From contig CAZMNA010000003.1 in the NCBI GenBank assembly GCA_964567555.1, forward strand, positions 18,882 through 82,881: a DNA stretch of 64,000 bases, in the 5' to 3' direction. This document shows, one piece after another, positions 19,196-31,950 of this stretch (position 1 is the first letter of the stretch; the number at the start of each line of letters is the position of its first letter). A program made the position numbers and the translations under genes. Under the pieces are notes generated by a model, which saw nothing but the letters and a program-made list of their open reading frames with translations, made no database searches and was not told the DNA's origin. This DNA comes from an uncultured Candidatus Saccharibacteria bacterium (GTDB taxonomy: Bacteria; Patescibacteriota; Saccharimonadia; Saccharimonadales; UBA10212).

Positions 19196-19314
19196 GCCTT
19201 AAGAATAGCATAAGGTTTATACACTTGATATTACGGCGTAAAAATCGTCAAAGGGAGTGCTTGGAGTGACCTACTACGCCGCATGGCCATAATTGGCGTG
19301 AAGAGTTTTCAAAA

Positions 19315-19506
19315 TCAGGCCCTAAGCCTGGCATGCCTTAGCTTGCGCCAGCGGCGTGCTTGTAGCCTTCTAGATCGCTCGTGCAGCCTAAGGTCTAGCA
19401 TGTCGAAGAACGGCTCATTGTTATCCAGCTCACTCACCGGTCTCGGCCGAGTGACTATGTAGTGGTCCCTCATGCTAAATTTTCTTAAGGCTGAATGACT
19501 TCTCAT
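19315..19506 (-). CDS. small basic hypothetical protein
   Basis: 63 aa with GGGGGA upstream. Confidence 0.5.
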   Translation of the reverse strand: MRSHSALRKFSMRDHYIVTRPRPVSELDNNEPFFDMLDLRLHERSRRLQARRWRKLRHARLRA

Positions 19507-19562
19507 TGGTCCCCCAATCCTTTAATAATACTTTTACGGTAAGTGGAATATGTGTCAAAATC

Positions 19563-19605
19563 TGTAAGATTTGTTACAAAAAAGTTTGTTGTATGAAAAA
19601 TTACA
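19563..19605. promoter_or_regulatory. two Crp/Fnr-type palindromes
   Basis: TGTAA-N6-TTACA (19563-19578) and TGTAT-N6-TTACA (19590-19605). Confidence 0.5.
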
Positions 19606-19630
19606 GAAACTCTTTACTGCTTCGGTGTAA

Positions 19631-19771
19631 GCTGACTTGCGTAGGGGAGGAACGCTAAGTAGAAGTAACAAATAGCGCCCCTATCGGCGGAGCGAGGCGA
19701 ACAAGTAATGATGATGCCAGCGCCCCACCCGCCGTTAAAAGCATCTGGCGGCAAGCAAATCTAAGTCGGGC
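19631..19771 (+). ncRNA. candidate structured leader or ncRNA
   Basis: Several stems; loop-loop complementarity GATGC/GCATC. Confidence 0.45.
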
Positions 19772-19796
19772 TCTTGGCCTGGTTCCGGAGGTAAGC

Positions 19797-20408
19797 ATGG
19801 AAGACTACTCGGTGAGTGCATCCATAGACATGGTTCAAGCGCTTAAGAGGTTTCTGTACTTACAGCGGTATTCCATTCATCTCCCCAGCAGCCCACCGAG
19901 CCTGCACTTGCCGAACGCCGTAGCCGAACGCTTCTCGAGCCTCCGGCTTGATTATCCAACGGCCGATGCCAGTGGGGTGCCAGGAGAGAAAAGTGGTTCA
20001 ACGAAGCTCCTCAAGATGGCAGCCAAAGGGCACGACGTTTTGATTAGAGCTAACACAGTCTTTCCTTTCACGCTCTTTCCCGACACTGTAATTATTGATC
20101 GCGAGAAGCTAACCATAGTAAAGCGCCTTTTCTTCGCTACGGCTAAGATTATTAGCGTGCCAATAGCCGACATCCTTAGCGTGGAGGTCGATGTTGGTCC
20201 GTTCTTCGGGTCTATACATATTTCCAGCAGGTACTTCATAAGAAACCCCTACTCGGTTAATTATCTTGGGCGAAACTATGCCATTAAGCTGCAACGGCTG
20301 CTACAGGGCTACATTATTGCCCACGAGAGAAAAGTTGACTGCTCAGGAATGGGCAAAGAAGAGCTAAAAATTCTATTGGAAGATTTGGGTAAAGTCACTG
20401 CCGGCTAG
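19797..20408 (+). CDS. bacterial PH-like domain protein (paralog of 24075-24662)
   Basis: FPFTLFPDTVIIDREKLTI..DVGPFFGS; GGAGG SD. Confidence 0.75.
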   Translation: MEDYSVSASIDMVQALKRFLYLQRYSIHLPSSPPSLHLPNAVAERFSSLRLDYPTADASGVPGEKSGSTKLLKMAAKGHDVLIRANTVFPFTLFPDTVIIDREKLTIVKRLFFATAKIISVPIADILSVEVDVGPFFGSIHISSRYFIRNPYSVNYLGRNYAIKLQRLLQGYIIAHERKVDCSGMGKEELKILLEDLGKVTAG

Positions 20409-20497
20409 CCAGCAGTGTAGTTGGGTTGAGCCAAAAAAGAAGGTGGCAACGGCTCGTCTTTGGTGCTTTAGGTAAGTACTGCACTAGCCCGTGTCGG

Positions 20498-21544
20498 TTA
20501 AATTGGCTCAAGAACCGGCATAAGAGATGGCAAGAGTGGATTAGTCCCGACTTTTTCAATAACATCGCTCAGAACGCGCGTATCGCGCGTTAGCGCCAGT
20601 CTTACTATGTGCAAAATCATTGATTCGTGATTGAGCTTTAAGATTAAAGCGCATGACTTAGGAAAAGACCCATAACCAGCAATAAGGCTGGGCAGGAGGT
20701 TGGCTTCTAGAAAGTGCGGCGTACCGTCTTCATCCAACCTGATATCAATGCGGCCATAGTCGCGGGCGCCGAGCGCATTAAAAACGTTTTGTGCTAAGGC
20801 GCCAACTTTATGTTTTATGGCTGGATCGGCAATTTCTATAGCCAACTCGCTATTTGATGATTTAACTTCCTCACTTAAAAGGCGGGCCCCGAACGCATTT
20901 GCCTGGGCAATCAGCTCAAGGGGCATGATTATAAGCTCCTCTGAGAGATTGTCTTTTAATATGGCTACACTAAATTCGCGGCCAGGCAGGTATTCTTCTA
21001 CTATAGAGTCCGATTTCAAATTTTTAGAGATCGCTTCTATCTTGGAACACAGCTCCCTAAAATTATTGACTACTGAGAAGCTATCAATCCCTAGGCCACC
21101 ACCTCTGTCTGCAGGTTTTACAAATAAGGGGAACTTCAAGCCCAAATTGCCGCTTGGGAGTGACCCTTGCTTTATAACGCAAAACGGGGAAGTCTTTAGG
21201 CCGGCACTGTGTACACGACGTTTGGCGGTTGGTTTTGAGAATTCCAGTTCGTGCGCTGGCGCGGCGGAGCCGGTGGATGGGATGCCAGCATTATCAAGCA
21301 GTTCGCTCAGCCAAATCTTTCTCGCACCGCCCTGGGAGGGCACAAATTTCATACCTAGAAATACTAGATCCGGCTTTAGGGCGACCAACTTCTGTAAGTC
21401 TTTGTCATTATTGACGGTGGTAATGCCAACCCGCGAATAATGTCTGGTTAAAACAGCGAATATAGCATCGCACGAGTCCTGACTCATTGAACTAAGCCGA
21501 ACCACGTTAGAGCGCACAATTTCAATGTGCTTGTTAATTTTCAT
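20498..21544 (-). CDS. D-Ala-D-Ala ligase-like ATP-grasp protein
   Basis: FPLFVKP, EEYLPGREFSV, YGRIDIRLD, FLEANLLP. Confidence 0.85.
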   Translation of the reverse strand: MKINKHIEIVRSNVVRLSSMSQDSCDAIFAVLTRHYSRVGITTVNNDKDLQKLVALKPDLVFLGMKFVPSQGGARKIWLSELLDNAGIPSTGSAAPAHELEFSKPTAKRRVHSAGLKTSPFCVIKQGSLPSGNLGLKFPLFVKPADRGGGLGIDSFSVVNNFRELCSKIEAISKNLKSDSIVEEYLPGREFSVAILKDNLSEELIIMPLELIAQANAFGARLLSEEVKSSNSELAIEIADPAIKHKVGALAQNVFNALGARDYGRIDIRLDEDGTPHFLEANLLPSLIAGYGSFPKSCALILKLNHESMILHIVRLALTRDTRVLSDVIEKVGTNPLLPSLMPVLEPI

Positions 21545-21619
21545 GAGCGCGCAACCGTTCTAGGGGCTCAAAATGTTAAGCCCCTTGTTTAACTATTGCT
21601 AAAGAAACTTCTAAAGTCC

Positions 21620-21907
21620 TTAGTAAGAGCGGCGGAAACCACCACCAGAGGGGCGGTCTTCTTTTGGTCGAGCCTGGTTGACCATCAACTTACGGCCGCC
21701 CAGTTCTTTTCCGTTAAGATTGGTGATAGCCTTTTGGGCTTCTTCGGCACTGGACATTTCAACGAAGCCAAAGCCTTTACTGCGGCCAGTGTCTCGGTCC
21801 ATGATGATGGCTACGCTCTCAACAGTTCCCTGTTGAGCGAATAGCTCCTCAAGTTCTTTCTCGGTCGTTTCGTAGGCAAGACCGCCTACATAAAGTTTAG
21901 TTGCCAT
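21620..21907 (-). CDS. RRM (RNP-1) RNA-binding protein
   Basis: LYVGGL, SKGFGFVEM. Confidence 0.95.
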   Translation of the reverse strand: MATKLYVGGLAYETTEKELEELFAQQGTVESVAIIMDRDTGRSKGFGFVEMSSAEEAQKAITNLNGKELGGRKLMVNQARPKEDRPSGGGFRRSY

Positions 21908-22112
21908 GATTATTTATCCTTACTTTTAACTAATATCGCTCGCAGTTATATTTTTCTTACCGCGATGATAGTTAAGTTTTTTGGACTAGGCTAGTGACAA
22001 CGGTTAGTAGATAGTACTACTTGCTTAAGCTAAGTGTAACACAAAAACTAGTTTTATAATAGCTTGATCTACTTTTCAAGAACCGGTACTTGAGCCCAGG
22101 ATCCAGAACCGC

Positions 22113-22703
22113 CTAGCTGCTCTTTTTTCTATGGCCATAAGTAAATTTATATATAAGTTCTACGGCAATGCCAACAACTAGACCTGATAAGAACAGAAGG
22201 ATAGGAACAAAGAAATTGTATTTGTAGCCCAGATGACGGGTGTAGTACATATAAAGACCGCTGCCGATAAGCGCTACAATACCGCCGGATAAAATGGCAT
22301 ATGGTCTGGCCAAAGTCTTGGCGGTAAACTCGCTAATGCTACTGACTACAGGGTTATGAATAATCTTACTGTAGCGCCGTTCGGACGGGCTCAGGTTTCG
22401 ACGGATCGAACTCCATGTCTTAGTGATAGTATCGATTATCGGTGCAAGATCGGGCAAGGGGACATTTATTATCTTAGAAGCCGATTGGGCTGACTCGTCC
22501 AACTGATCGGCCTTTGGCTTATGGATTTCACCAATGCGCTCTCGCGTTTTCTCTATATTTAACGTCTCACTCTTAATATCTGTTTTTTTCTCGGCGTGTT
22601 TTGGTTCCTGCTCTGGAGTAGGGCTGGCTTCGTGAGCCTGAACATCTTGCTCAATATTCCTTGGCAATCTTTCACTCATTTTATTCAACCTCCTGGCCAC
22701 CAC
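22113..22703 (-). CDS. hypothetical membrane protein (2 C-terminal TM)
   Basis: ORF overlapping the end of the upstream gene; start may be 22679. Confidence 0.7.
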   Translation of the reverse strand: MVARRLNKMSERLPRNIEQDVQAHEASPTPEQEPKHAEKKTDIKSETLNIEKTRERIGEIHKPKADQLDESAQSASKIINVPLPDLAPIIDTITKTWSSIRRNLSPSERRYSKIIHNPVVSSISEFTAKTLARPYAILSGGIVALIGSGLYMYYTRHLGYKYNFFVPILLFLSGLVVGIAVELIYKFTYGHRKKSS

Positions 22704-23925
22704 TGCTTAGTTCAAGCGCAAGTCGCGCCTCCTTAAGCTGCAGCCTGCGGTTAGAGTAAAAATATCCAGCTATAGCCGCGATAGCGGCGAAGGTGAATAT
22801 CGATGTTCCCGGGCCGGTGTTGGGCAGGGACGTAGCGGCATTCGCGATGACAACTTGGGCCGTCGGAGGTTGAACCTTTACGTTAATTATATCGCCAAAG
22901 ACATTGGTCATCTTGTAGTTGTAAGCATCGGGGTCGGAAAGGGACCTAGTTGTTGGCAAAGGATTATCAACCGTTACGCTAAATGTTCTTGTGACTGTTG
23001 CGCCCGGCTTAATATTAACTTTAGGGAAGCTCAAAAAGCCAGTTGATTTATCGTATGTGCCGCCACCCCTATTAGTTAGAACTGCATACTCCAAAATATC
23101 AGCAATATTATCCTGAATCACGAAGTTTGGCTGCTTGCGCTTACCGGTATTTTTAACTATTAGAGCGTACTTTAAGACATCGCCTGGCTTGGCGGTTGTA
23201 CCATTAGCATCGCTGTTATGGCGTTTCACGTAGACTACGGTTTTGTGGTAGGTCAGGCACGCCAGTGTGTAAAACTCGGAAGGTGAACCCTTACAGGGTC
23301 TGCACTTGGGACTTTTGGCGGGTATCTTGTCGTTATATGGGCAGGTTTTTGGCGGCGGAGGTCCCTTTGGAAGACCAATAGAGACTAAGTTGCCACAGGT
23401 AAATAACATCCAAAAAGTTTTGCCTTTAGAGCTGGTAAACTTTAGAGTCGTATAGGTAGAGGATTTGTGAGTATCCCAAGCGTGCAGTAGCCGCCAATAA
23501 ATTACTTCGCTGCCTATATTGACAGGGGTTTCGCTGGCGTACCCTTGAGGCAAGTGACCGGCTGAGTATAGCCTGCCGTTGTAGTCGCGCGAGTTTAAGG
23601 AGACTACTTTGCCTTTGGCAAGGTCAACACATTTTATGCTGTAGTAGTTTAGAACCCTATCAATCTTATTAGTATTTTTATCGCAGTCTTTAACCAGCTG
23701 CGATTTAGAGGTAACGCCGCCCGGTATAAGATCATTTTGGCTAGGCGCGGCGCTTGATTGGCTAGGTGCCAGGGCGGCAAAAACCTGCAAAACTAATGCA
23801 ACTAAAATCAATAGGACGCCGAGTCCCCGGATGAATCGCTCTTTAGAAACGCTTAGAGTAAACTCTCTGAGCCTTGCTGTATAACCCGGTGTTGATTTGT
23901 ATCTTGAAAGAATTTTGTCAAGCAT
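22681..23925 (-). CDS. DUF11-domain surface protein with LPxTG sorting signal
   Basis: AKPGDVLKYALIVKNTG; LPNTG plus TM plus RR. Confidence 0.75.
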   Translation of the reverse strand: MLDKILSRYKSTPGYTARLREFTLSVSKERFIRGLGVLLILVALVLQVFAALAPSQSSAAPSQNDLIPGGVTSKSQLVKDCDKNTNKIDRVLNYYSIKCVDLAKGKVVSLNSRDYNGRLYSAGHLPQGYASETPVNIGSEVIYWRLLHAWDTHKSSTYTTLKFTSSKGKTFWMLFTCGNLVSIGLPKGPPPPKTCPYNDKIPAKSPKCRPCKGSPSEFYTLACLTYHKTVVYVKRHNSDANGTTAKPGDVLKYALIVKNTGKRKQPNFVIQDNIADILEYAVLTNRGGGTYDKSTGFLSFPKVNIKPGATVTRTFSVTVDNPLPTTRSLSDPDAYNYKMTNVFGDIINVKVQPPTAQVVIANAATSLPNTGPGTSIFTFAAIAAIAGYFYSNRRLQLKEARLALELSSGGQEVE

Positions 23926-24074
23926 GTTGGTTTGTTACGACATTCCAGCTTTAATTAAATCATAAGCGTGTTGGTTTGGCTAGGAATAAAAGCAAGTACT
24001 CTAGTGTAATATACCTTATACTTCAGGGCTCGTAGTGCGTGATATAATAAGAGTGCATAGGGATGGAGGTGTCT

Positions 24075-24662
24075 ATGAGCAACTACTTACTGGATACCTC
24101 TTTAGATGTTCCAAATATAAATCTGGTTTCGGCGCTCAGAAGAGCGCTTGTTTTATATAGAGCAAATAAAACAGCAGCCAAAAGAACGACTTTAGCTAGA
24201 ACAAAGGACGTTATTATGCGGGTGCCGAAGGTAGTACGTCTTGATAGGGGCTCCGAAAAATTAATCGGCATGGCGGTCCAATCGCACGATATTTTATTTA
24301 AGGCTAACACTGCATTCCCGTTTAATCTTTTCCCCGATACTGTAACGGTTGACCGGGAAAAGCTGACCATAGCCAACCGCATCTTTTTCTTAACAGCTAA
24401 AATTACCAGCGTGCCTATCCGAGACATATTGAACGTTGAGGCCGATGTGGGGCCGTTCTTTGGCTCTGTGCACCTGACTAGCCGCTATTTCTTCACCAAC
24501 CCCCGCTCAGTCAATTTCCTGCACCGTCATGACGCTTTAGATTTACAGCGGCTAGTGCAGGGCTACATTCTTGCCCACGAGCAGCACCTGGATTGTTCTA
24601 AAATGAACAAGGAACAGCTTGTAACTTTGCTTGAAGATTTAGGCAAGGGCGACACGGATTAA
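24075..24662 (+). CDS. bacterial PH-like domain protein
   Basis: Close paralog of 19797-20408; GGAGGT SD. Confidence 0.75.
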   Translation: MSNYLLDTSLDVPNINLVSALRRALVLYRANKTAAKRTTLARTKDVIMRVPKVVRLDRGSEKLIGMAVQSHDILFKANTAFPFNLFPDTVTVDREKLTIANRIFFLTAKITSVPIRDILNVEADVGPFFGSVHLTSRYFFTNPRSVNFLHRHDALDLQRLVQGYILAHEQHLDCSKMNKEQLVTLLEDLGKGDTD

Positions 24663-24695
24663 AACATAAGAGACCGCGAAGGGGTTGCTTGTGAT

Positions 24696-25118
24696 TTATC
24701 TGTGGTGACGAGATTTAAGCTGGGCTAGGTGCAGGCGTACCTCATGGTGTACTTGGACGTGTCTGGCTTCATGCAAGGCCTCGCGGGATGCGGCGCCTTC
24801 CACTAAGGCGCGGGCGCGCTCCAAGCTTTTTTCAGCCTCGGCTTCGGACACTTCATCTGAGGTTGTGACTTCTTCCGTAACAAAGCGGGTCGTCTCGCCA
24901 TCGGTCTGGACCACACCGCCATAAACAGCAAAATGTTCCAAATCGCTGTCAGGATCACCTGATTTTTTTCTAATGCTCAAGATTCCCGGCTGGCCGGCAG
25001 AAATCAGCGGCATGTGGCCGGCCAAAATTGCAATCACCCCATCTTTAGTCGGCACCAAGACCTCATAGGCCTCGTTGTCATATTTCAGACCGTTTGCACC
25101 AACCAATTGGAAACGCAT
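24696..25118 (-). CDS. atpC: ATP synthase epsilon subunit
   Basis: ILAGHMPLIS; operon position. Confidence 0.9.
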   Translation of the reverse strand: MRFQLVGANGLKYDNEAYEVLVPTKDGVIAILAGHMPLISAGQPGILSIRKKSGDPDSDLEHFAVYGGVVQTDGETTRFVTEEVTTSDEVSEAEAEKSLERARALVEGAASREALHEARHVQVHHEVRLHLAQLKSRHHR

Positions 25119-25119
25119 G

Positions 25120-27417
<2,298 letters not shown>

Positions 27418-27425
<8 letters not shown>

Positions 27426-28986
27426 TGGCGGTCTCCGTCTTCTTCTTATCTACTTTCTTGTACTGCTTGGCTATGTCTTGAGCTACTTTGATGACAGATT
27501 TTTTCAGTTCCTCAGTCGGCTTGTCAGCCTTTTGCAAATCTTTGACTAGTTTGGCGTGCTTTTGCTCCAGGTTAGTAAGCAGGGCGGACTGGGCAGCGCT
27601 GACACTCTCTATCGGCGTGCCATCAAAAGCTCCCTCGGTAGCGGCTAAAATGCTGGCGGTTTGAGCCCACACTGGCATAGGCGAATACTGCGGCTGCTTC
27701 AAAATTTCTGTTAGCAGGCGGCCACGTGTTAAGCGCGCTTGGGTCTCTGCGTCTAGGTCAGACGACAGTTGGGAGAAGGCAGCCAGCTCACGGTACTGAG
27801 CCAAGTTAAGCCGCAAGCTACCAGCCACAGCTTTGATGGCTGCCGGTTGGGCAGCACCACCGACGCGGCTGACGCTCAAACCGACGCTGACGGCCGGGCG
27901 GATACCTTGGTAGAACAAATCAGTTTCCAGATAAATCTGGCCGTCAGTGATGGATATAACGTTGGTTGGGATGTAGGCAGATACGTCACCAGCTTGAGTC
28001 TCAATGATGGGCAGGGCGGTTAGTGAGCCGCCACCTAAATCATCAGACAATTTGGCGGCCCGCTCCAGCAAACGGGAGTGCAGATAAAACACGTCGCCCG
28101 GGTAAGCCTCGCGGCCGGGCGGGCGGCGGAGCAGTAAACTCATCTCTCGGTAAGCCGTAGCGTGCTTGCTCAGGTCGTCATAGATGATCAGAGCGTGCTT
28201 ACCATTATCGCGGAAGTATTCACCCATCGCGCAGCCGGCGTACGGGGCAAGGTATTGCAAGCTGGCGGCATCAGCGGCGCTGGTTGCCACGATGATGGTA
28301 TTGTCCATGGTGCCTTCACGGCGTAAGCGCTCAATCAGACGGGCAATACGGGCATACTTTTGGCCGATGGCTACATAAATATTGATGATGCCGGTTCCCG
28401 CTTTGACCTGGTTAATCATAGCGTCCACAGCGATGGCGGTCTTGCCGGTCTGGCGGTCGCCAATAATTAACTCGCGTTGGCCGCGGCCGATAGGGATCAT
28501 AGCGTCAATCGCTGTTATACCGGTCGGCACCGGTTCATACACACTGCGGCGGGCAGCTACGCCCGGTGCAATCTTTTCAATATCACCACGGGCCTTGGTC
28601 TTAATCGGACCTTTGCCGTCAAGTGGTTCGCCTAGTGGGTTGACCACCCGGCCGAGCAGCTCAGGACCAACTGGAACACTCAGAATTTGGCCAGACAATC
28701 GAACCTTGGCGCCGGCCCGGACAAACTCATCCTCGCCCAGCAGCACGGCCCCAATTTCATCCTCCAGCAGGTTAAGGGCAAAAGCTGTTATCGTGCCGCC
28801 CTTGATAGATTCAATCTCAAGCATTTCGGCATAGCCGCAGGAGCGTAGGCCGTAAATCCAAGCTACACCGTCACCAACGCGGGTAACGACGCCGGCAGAC
28901 TTTTCTTCGCCGGAGTCGCGCAAATCGGCGACGGCGCGGCGGACGTCCTCGGCTAAATCTTTAACTTTGACGGGCAAATCAGACAT
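27418..28986 (-). CDS. atpA: ATP synthase alpha subunit
   Basis: [26 protein letters not shown]. Confidence 0.98.
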
Positions 28987-29380
28987 CTATTCCTCCTTTA
29001 ATATCACTCAATCTGCGCTTGATAGTTTTATCCCAGACTTTTGTGGCCGTCTCTAGGCGGAAGCCGCCAATCAGATTTGGCTCAACCCGGCTTTTAACCA
29101 GCGCTTCGGCCGAATCGGTACGGTCTTTCGCCAGCTCTACCAAGGACTTAACTAGCTGTTTATCAAGAGCATGAGCAGACGAGATTTCAACTTGGGCCAA
29201 CTTGCCGCGGCTTTCCAGCTCAGACGAAATGTCGCTAATCAAAAGATCAGACTCCTTGGCGCGGCCGGACTCGATTAAGGCGGCAGCTAGTTTACGCGCC
29301 AGCGGCTTGATTGAAACGCCCTTGAGTAGTTGGGCGATGGCATAATTGGCCATTTCACGGCGTGATAGGCGGCGGCTCAT
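28979..29380 (-). CDS. atpH: ATP synthase delta subunit
   Basis: ISSAHAL..NLIGG; operon position. Confidence 0.85.
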   Translation of the reverse strand: MSRRLSRREMANYAIAQLLKGVSIKPLARKLAAALIESGRAKESDLLISDISSELESRGKLAQVEISSAHALDKQLVKSLVELAKDRTDSAEALVKSRVEPNLIGGFRLETATKVWDKTIKRRLSDIKGGIDV

Positions 29381-29898
29381 CGTTCCAAGTCCTTAATGGT
29401 TCGTTTAATCAATTCCATATCAGCTTGGGCACTGACCTTTTGGCGCAGAACTTTCTCGGTCGTGTCAACTACCAGGCTAGTCAGCTCTTGCTTAAGTTCG
29501 GTGCTCAGACGATTCTTAACCTGCTCCAATTGAGCGTGGTTTTCGGCCAGCACGCGGTCTGCCTGCTCGCGGGCAGCGGCTTCAGCCTGAGCGACTACTT
29601 GCTTGGCTTCATCTTTTGCTTCACGCAAAACTTTATCGGCGTTTTCGCGGCCGGCTCCCAACAGTTGTTCGGCCTTAGCTTCGGCAGCCTCCAGCTTTTC
29701 CTTAGTGAGCTTAGCCTGCTCCAGGCTTTCTTCTAGGGTTTGGCGGCGCTGGCTCAGGGTCTTATTGATCGGCGGTAGAATCCACCGTTTGAAAATCAGC
29801 AATACCAAAACGAAAGTAATCAGCTGAAAGACGAGCGCCTTTAAACTGACCTGGAAGGCACCCAAACCACTACTGCCTGATTCAGCTAAATATAGCAA
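29377..29898 (-). CDS. atpF: ATP synthase subunit b
   Basis: N-terminal TM plus coiled coil. Confidence 0.92.
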   Translation of the reverse strand: MLYLAESGSSGLGAFQVSLKALVFQLITFVLVLLIFKRWILPPINKTLSQRRQTLEESLEQAKLTKEKLEAAEAKAEQLLGAGRENADKVLREAKDEAKQVVAQAEAAAREQADRVLAENHAQLEQVKNRLSTELKQELTSLVVDTTEKVLRQKVSAQADMELIKRTIKDLER

Positions 29899-29910
29899 GT
29901 TCCTCTACTC

Positions 29911-30135
29911 CTAACCGTGAGTTGTAAACAAAATTAGTAAGACGAAGGCAAAGTAAGCATCAACCAGACCAACCATGATCAGTGCCATGGTCATAATCTT
30001 GCCCTGGATCTCCGGGTTTCGGCCGACTGCGCTAACCACAGCTGAGCCAATCAAGCCTACGCCAACAGCCGGGCCAATGGCTCCAAGGCCGATAGTCAAA
30101 CCTTTAATTAATGATGGATCAATTTGTGTGGACAT
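29911..30135 (-). CDS. atpE: ATP synthase subunit c
   Basis: GRNPE loop; Asp carboxylate in helix 2. Confidence 0.95.
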   Translation of the reverse strand: MSTQIDPSLIKGLTIGLGAIGPAVGVGLIGSAVVSAVGRNPEIQGKIMTMALIMVGLVDAYFAFVLLILFTTHG

Positions 30136-30172
30136 AAATTCTCCTTACTCTTAGTCCTTTCTTAAATAACAT

Positions 30173-30976
30173 TCAGCTTGTACCCTCCACACGGGCCGCT
30201 TGGCCGCCCGCGTGCTCGCTCTCCCCATGCGATGTTGACATTACTATATAAGAAGCGGTCAACATCATAAACAGGTAAGCTTGGATTAAAGATACAAAAA
30301 TCTCCAAAAGTATAACTGGCAAAGTCGCGACCCAGCCAAAATTGCCGGCTAAAGCGGCAATGGCAAACAGCAACGCTTCGCCGCCGTAAATAACACCAAA
30401 TAAACGCAGGGAAAGCGTAATGAGCCTTAAGATTTCACTAAAGACTTCGTTTAAGCCGATGAACCAGGTCAGCGGGCTTTTTAAATTGCCAGAGAAAAAG
30501 TGGCGGGCGTAACCTCGCAGGCCAACCTCTTTGACGGCGTAGTAGTGGACGGTGGCCAAAGAAAGAATTGCCAGCGCTAAGGTGGTATTAAGATCGGTGG
30601 TCCAGGAGCGCAGCAAAGAGACGTGGTGGTAAGAAATTGTATCAATCCCGGGCAACAGCCCGCTCAGATTTCCAAGCAGGATAAGCAGTAGCAAGCTAAT
30701 CAAAAGCGGGAAATGACGGCGAGCTCTTTTTTCATCACCGCCAAACGTATCGGTTGCCATGCCGTAGACCAGATCAATAAGGCTCTCTACAAAAAAGGCC
30801 AGCCGGCTTTTGGGCCAAACCTTGGAGGCTTTGGCGGCCGCACCAAAAAGCGCAATCAAAGATATAGCCGTAATCCAGCCCAGTAACATGGAATTGGTGA
30901 CCGTAAACGGCCCAATGCCAAATAACTTTTCTGGAGCCAATGGCTCTGCGGTAAAGGCAGCTAAAGCGGCTATCAT
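30173..30976 (-). CDS. atpB: ATP synthase subunit a
   Basis: LSLRLFG, IQAYLFMML. Confidence 0.95.
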   Translation of the reverse strand: MIAALAAFTAEPLAPEKLFGIGPFTVTNSMLLGWITAISLIALFGAAAKASKVWPKSRLAFFVESLIDLVYGMATDTFGGDEKRARRHFPLLISLLLLILLGNLSGLLPGIDTISYHHVSLLRSWTTDLNTTLALAILSLATVHYYAVKEVGLRGYARHFFSGNLKSPLTWFIGLNEVFSEILRLITLSLRLFGVIYGGEALLFAIAALAGNFGWVATLPVILLEIFVSLIQAYLFMMLTASYIVMSTSHGESEHAGGQAARVEGTS

Positions 30977-31148
30977 AGGCAGGCCTCACTCACTAACCGA
31001 GTGACGGCTGGCGGGAGGTTCCCCGCGGTCGCTATTTTTGTCGCCCCACTTCTCATTCGCCGGTAATTATAGCAAGATTAACCCTTATAAACAATGATTT
31101 TTAACCTATAAAATTTTAAATTCAGCTTGGCCGGGTATAATAGTCTAA

Positions 31149-31946
31149 ATGCCAGAAGCGATTATTTCTGCTAAAAACGTCGTTAAAAAATTTGGCGACC
31201 TGGAGGCCGTGGCCGGAATTAACTTTGAAGTCAAAGCCGGCGAGATATTTGCTTTTTTGGGACCAAACGGAGCGGGTAAATCCACTACCATCAAAATGCT
31301 GACCACCATGCTCCAACCTACTAGCGGTGAGCTTTACCTCGCTGGGCATGATGTGACCAAGCAGCGCGAAGAGGCCAGACAAAGCTTTGGCATTGTCTTT
31401 CAAGACCCGGCTTTGGAGGAAGAGCTAACAGCTTATGAGAACATGCGCTTTCATGCTGTGCTTTATAAGGTCCTCAAAACTCAGCAAGCCAAGCGAATTG
31501 AGGAGCTGCTCAAACTGGTGGATCTTTGGGAGCGTCGTGATAGTTTGGTGCGTACCTATTCGGGCGGCATGCGCCGGCGCCTTGAAATCGCCCGTGGACT
31601 GCTGCACCATCCCAAAATTTTGTTTTTGGATGAACCAACCCTGGGGCTTGATGTGCAGACGCGCAACATTCTTTGGAACTACGTGGAAAAGTTATCTAAG
31701 CATGAGGGCATGACCATATTTTTCACTACGCACTACCTGGACGAGGCTGAAGAGGTAGCCCAGCGCATTGCTATTATTGATCACGGCAGTATCATCGCCG
31801 AAGGCAGCGTGAAGCAATTGACCAAGCAGACCGGGACTAAATCCTTGGAACAGGCGTACTTGAAGTTAACTGGTGAAGCCGTCCGCGACGATGTGTCCGA
31901 AGATAACAATGGCTTAAATGTGCGTTCGGTTATGAGGAATCGCTAA
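31149..31946 (+). CDS. ABC transporter ATPase (DrrA-like)
   Basis: GPNGAGKS, YSGGMRRRLEIA, LDEPT. Confidence 0.92.
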   Translation: MPEAIISAKNVVKKFGDLEAVAGINFEVKAGEIFAFLGPNGAGKSTTIKMLTTMLQPTSGELYLAGHDVTKQREEARQSFGIVFQDPALEEELTAYENMRFHAVLYKVLKTQQAKRIEELLKLVDLWERRDSLVRTYSGGMRRRLEIARGLLHHPKILFLDEPTLGLDVQTRNILWNYVEKLSKHEGMTIFFTTHYLDEAEEVAQRIAIIDHGSIIAEGSVKQLTKQTGTKSLEQAYLKLTGEAVRDDVSEDNNGLNVRSVMRNR

Positions 31947-31950
31947 GCCT

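Noticed and set aside
19631-19771. Lysine or cobalamin riboswitch
   Set aside because: Has kissing-loop potential but lacks the conserved cores and helix number; gene context unrelated
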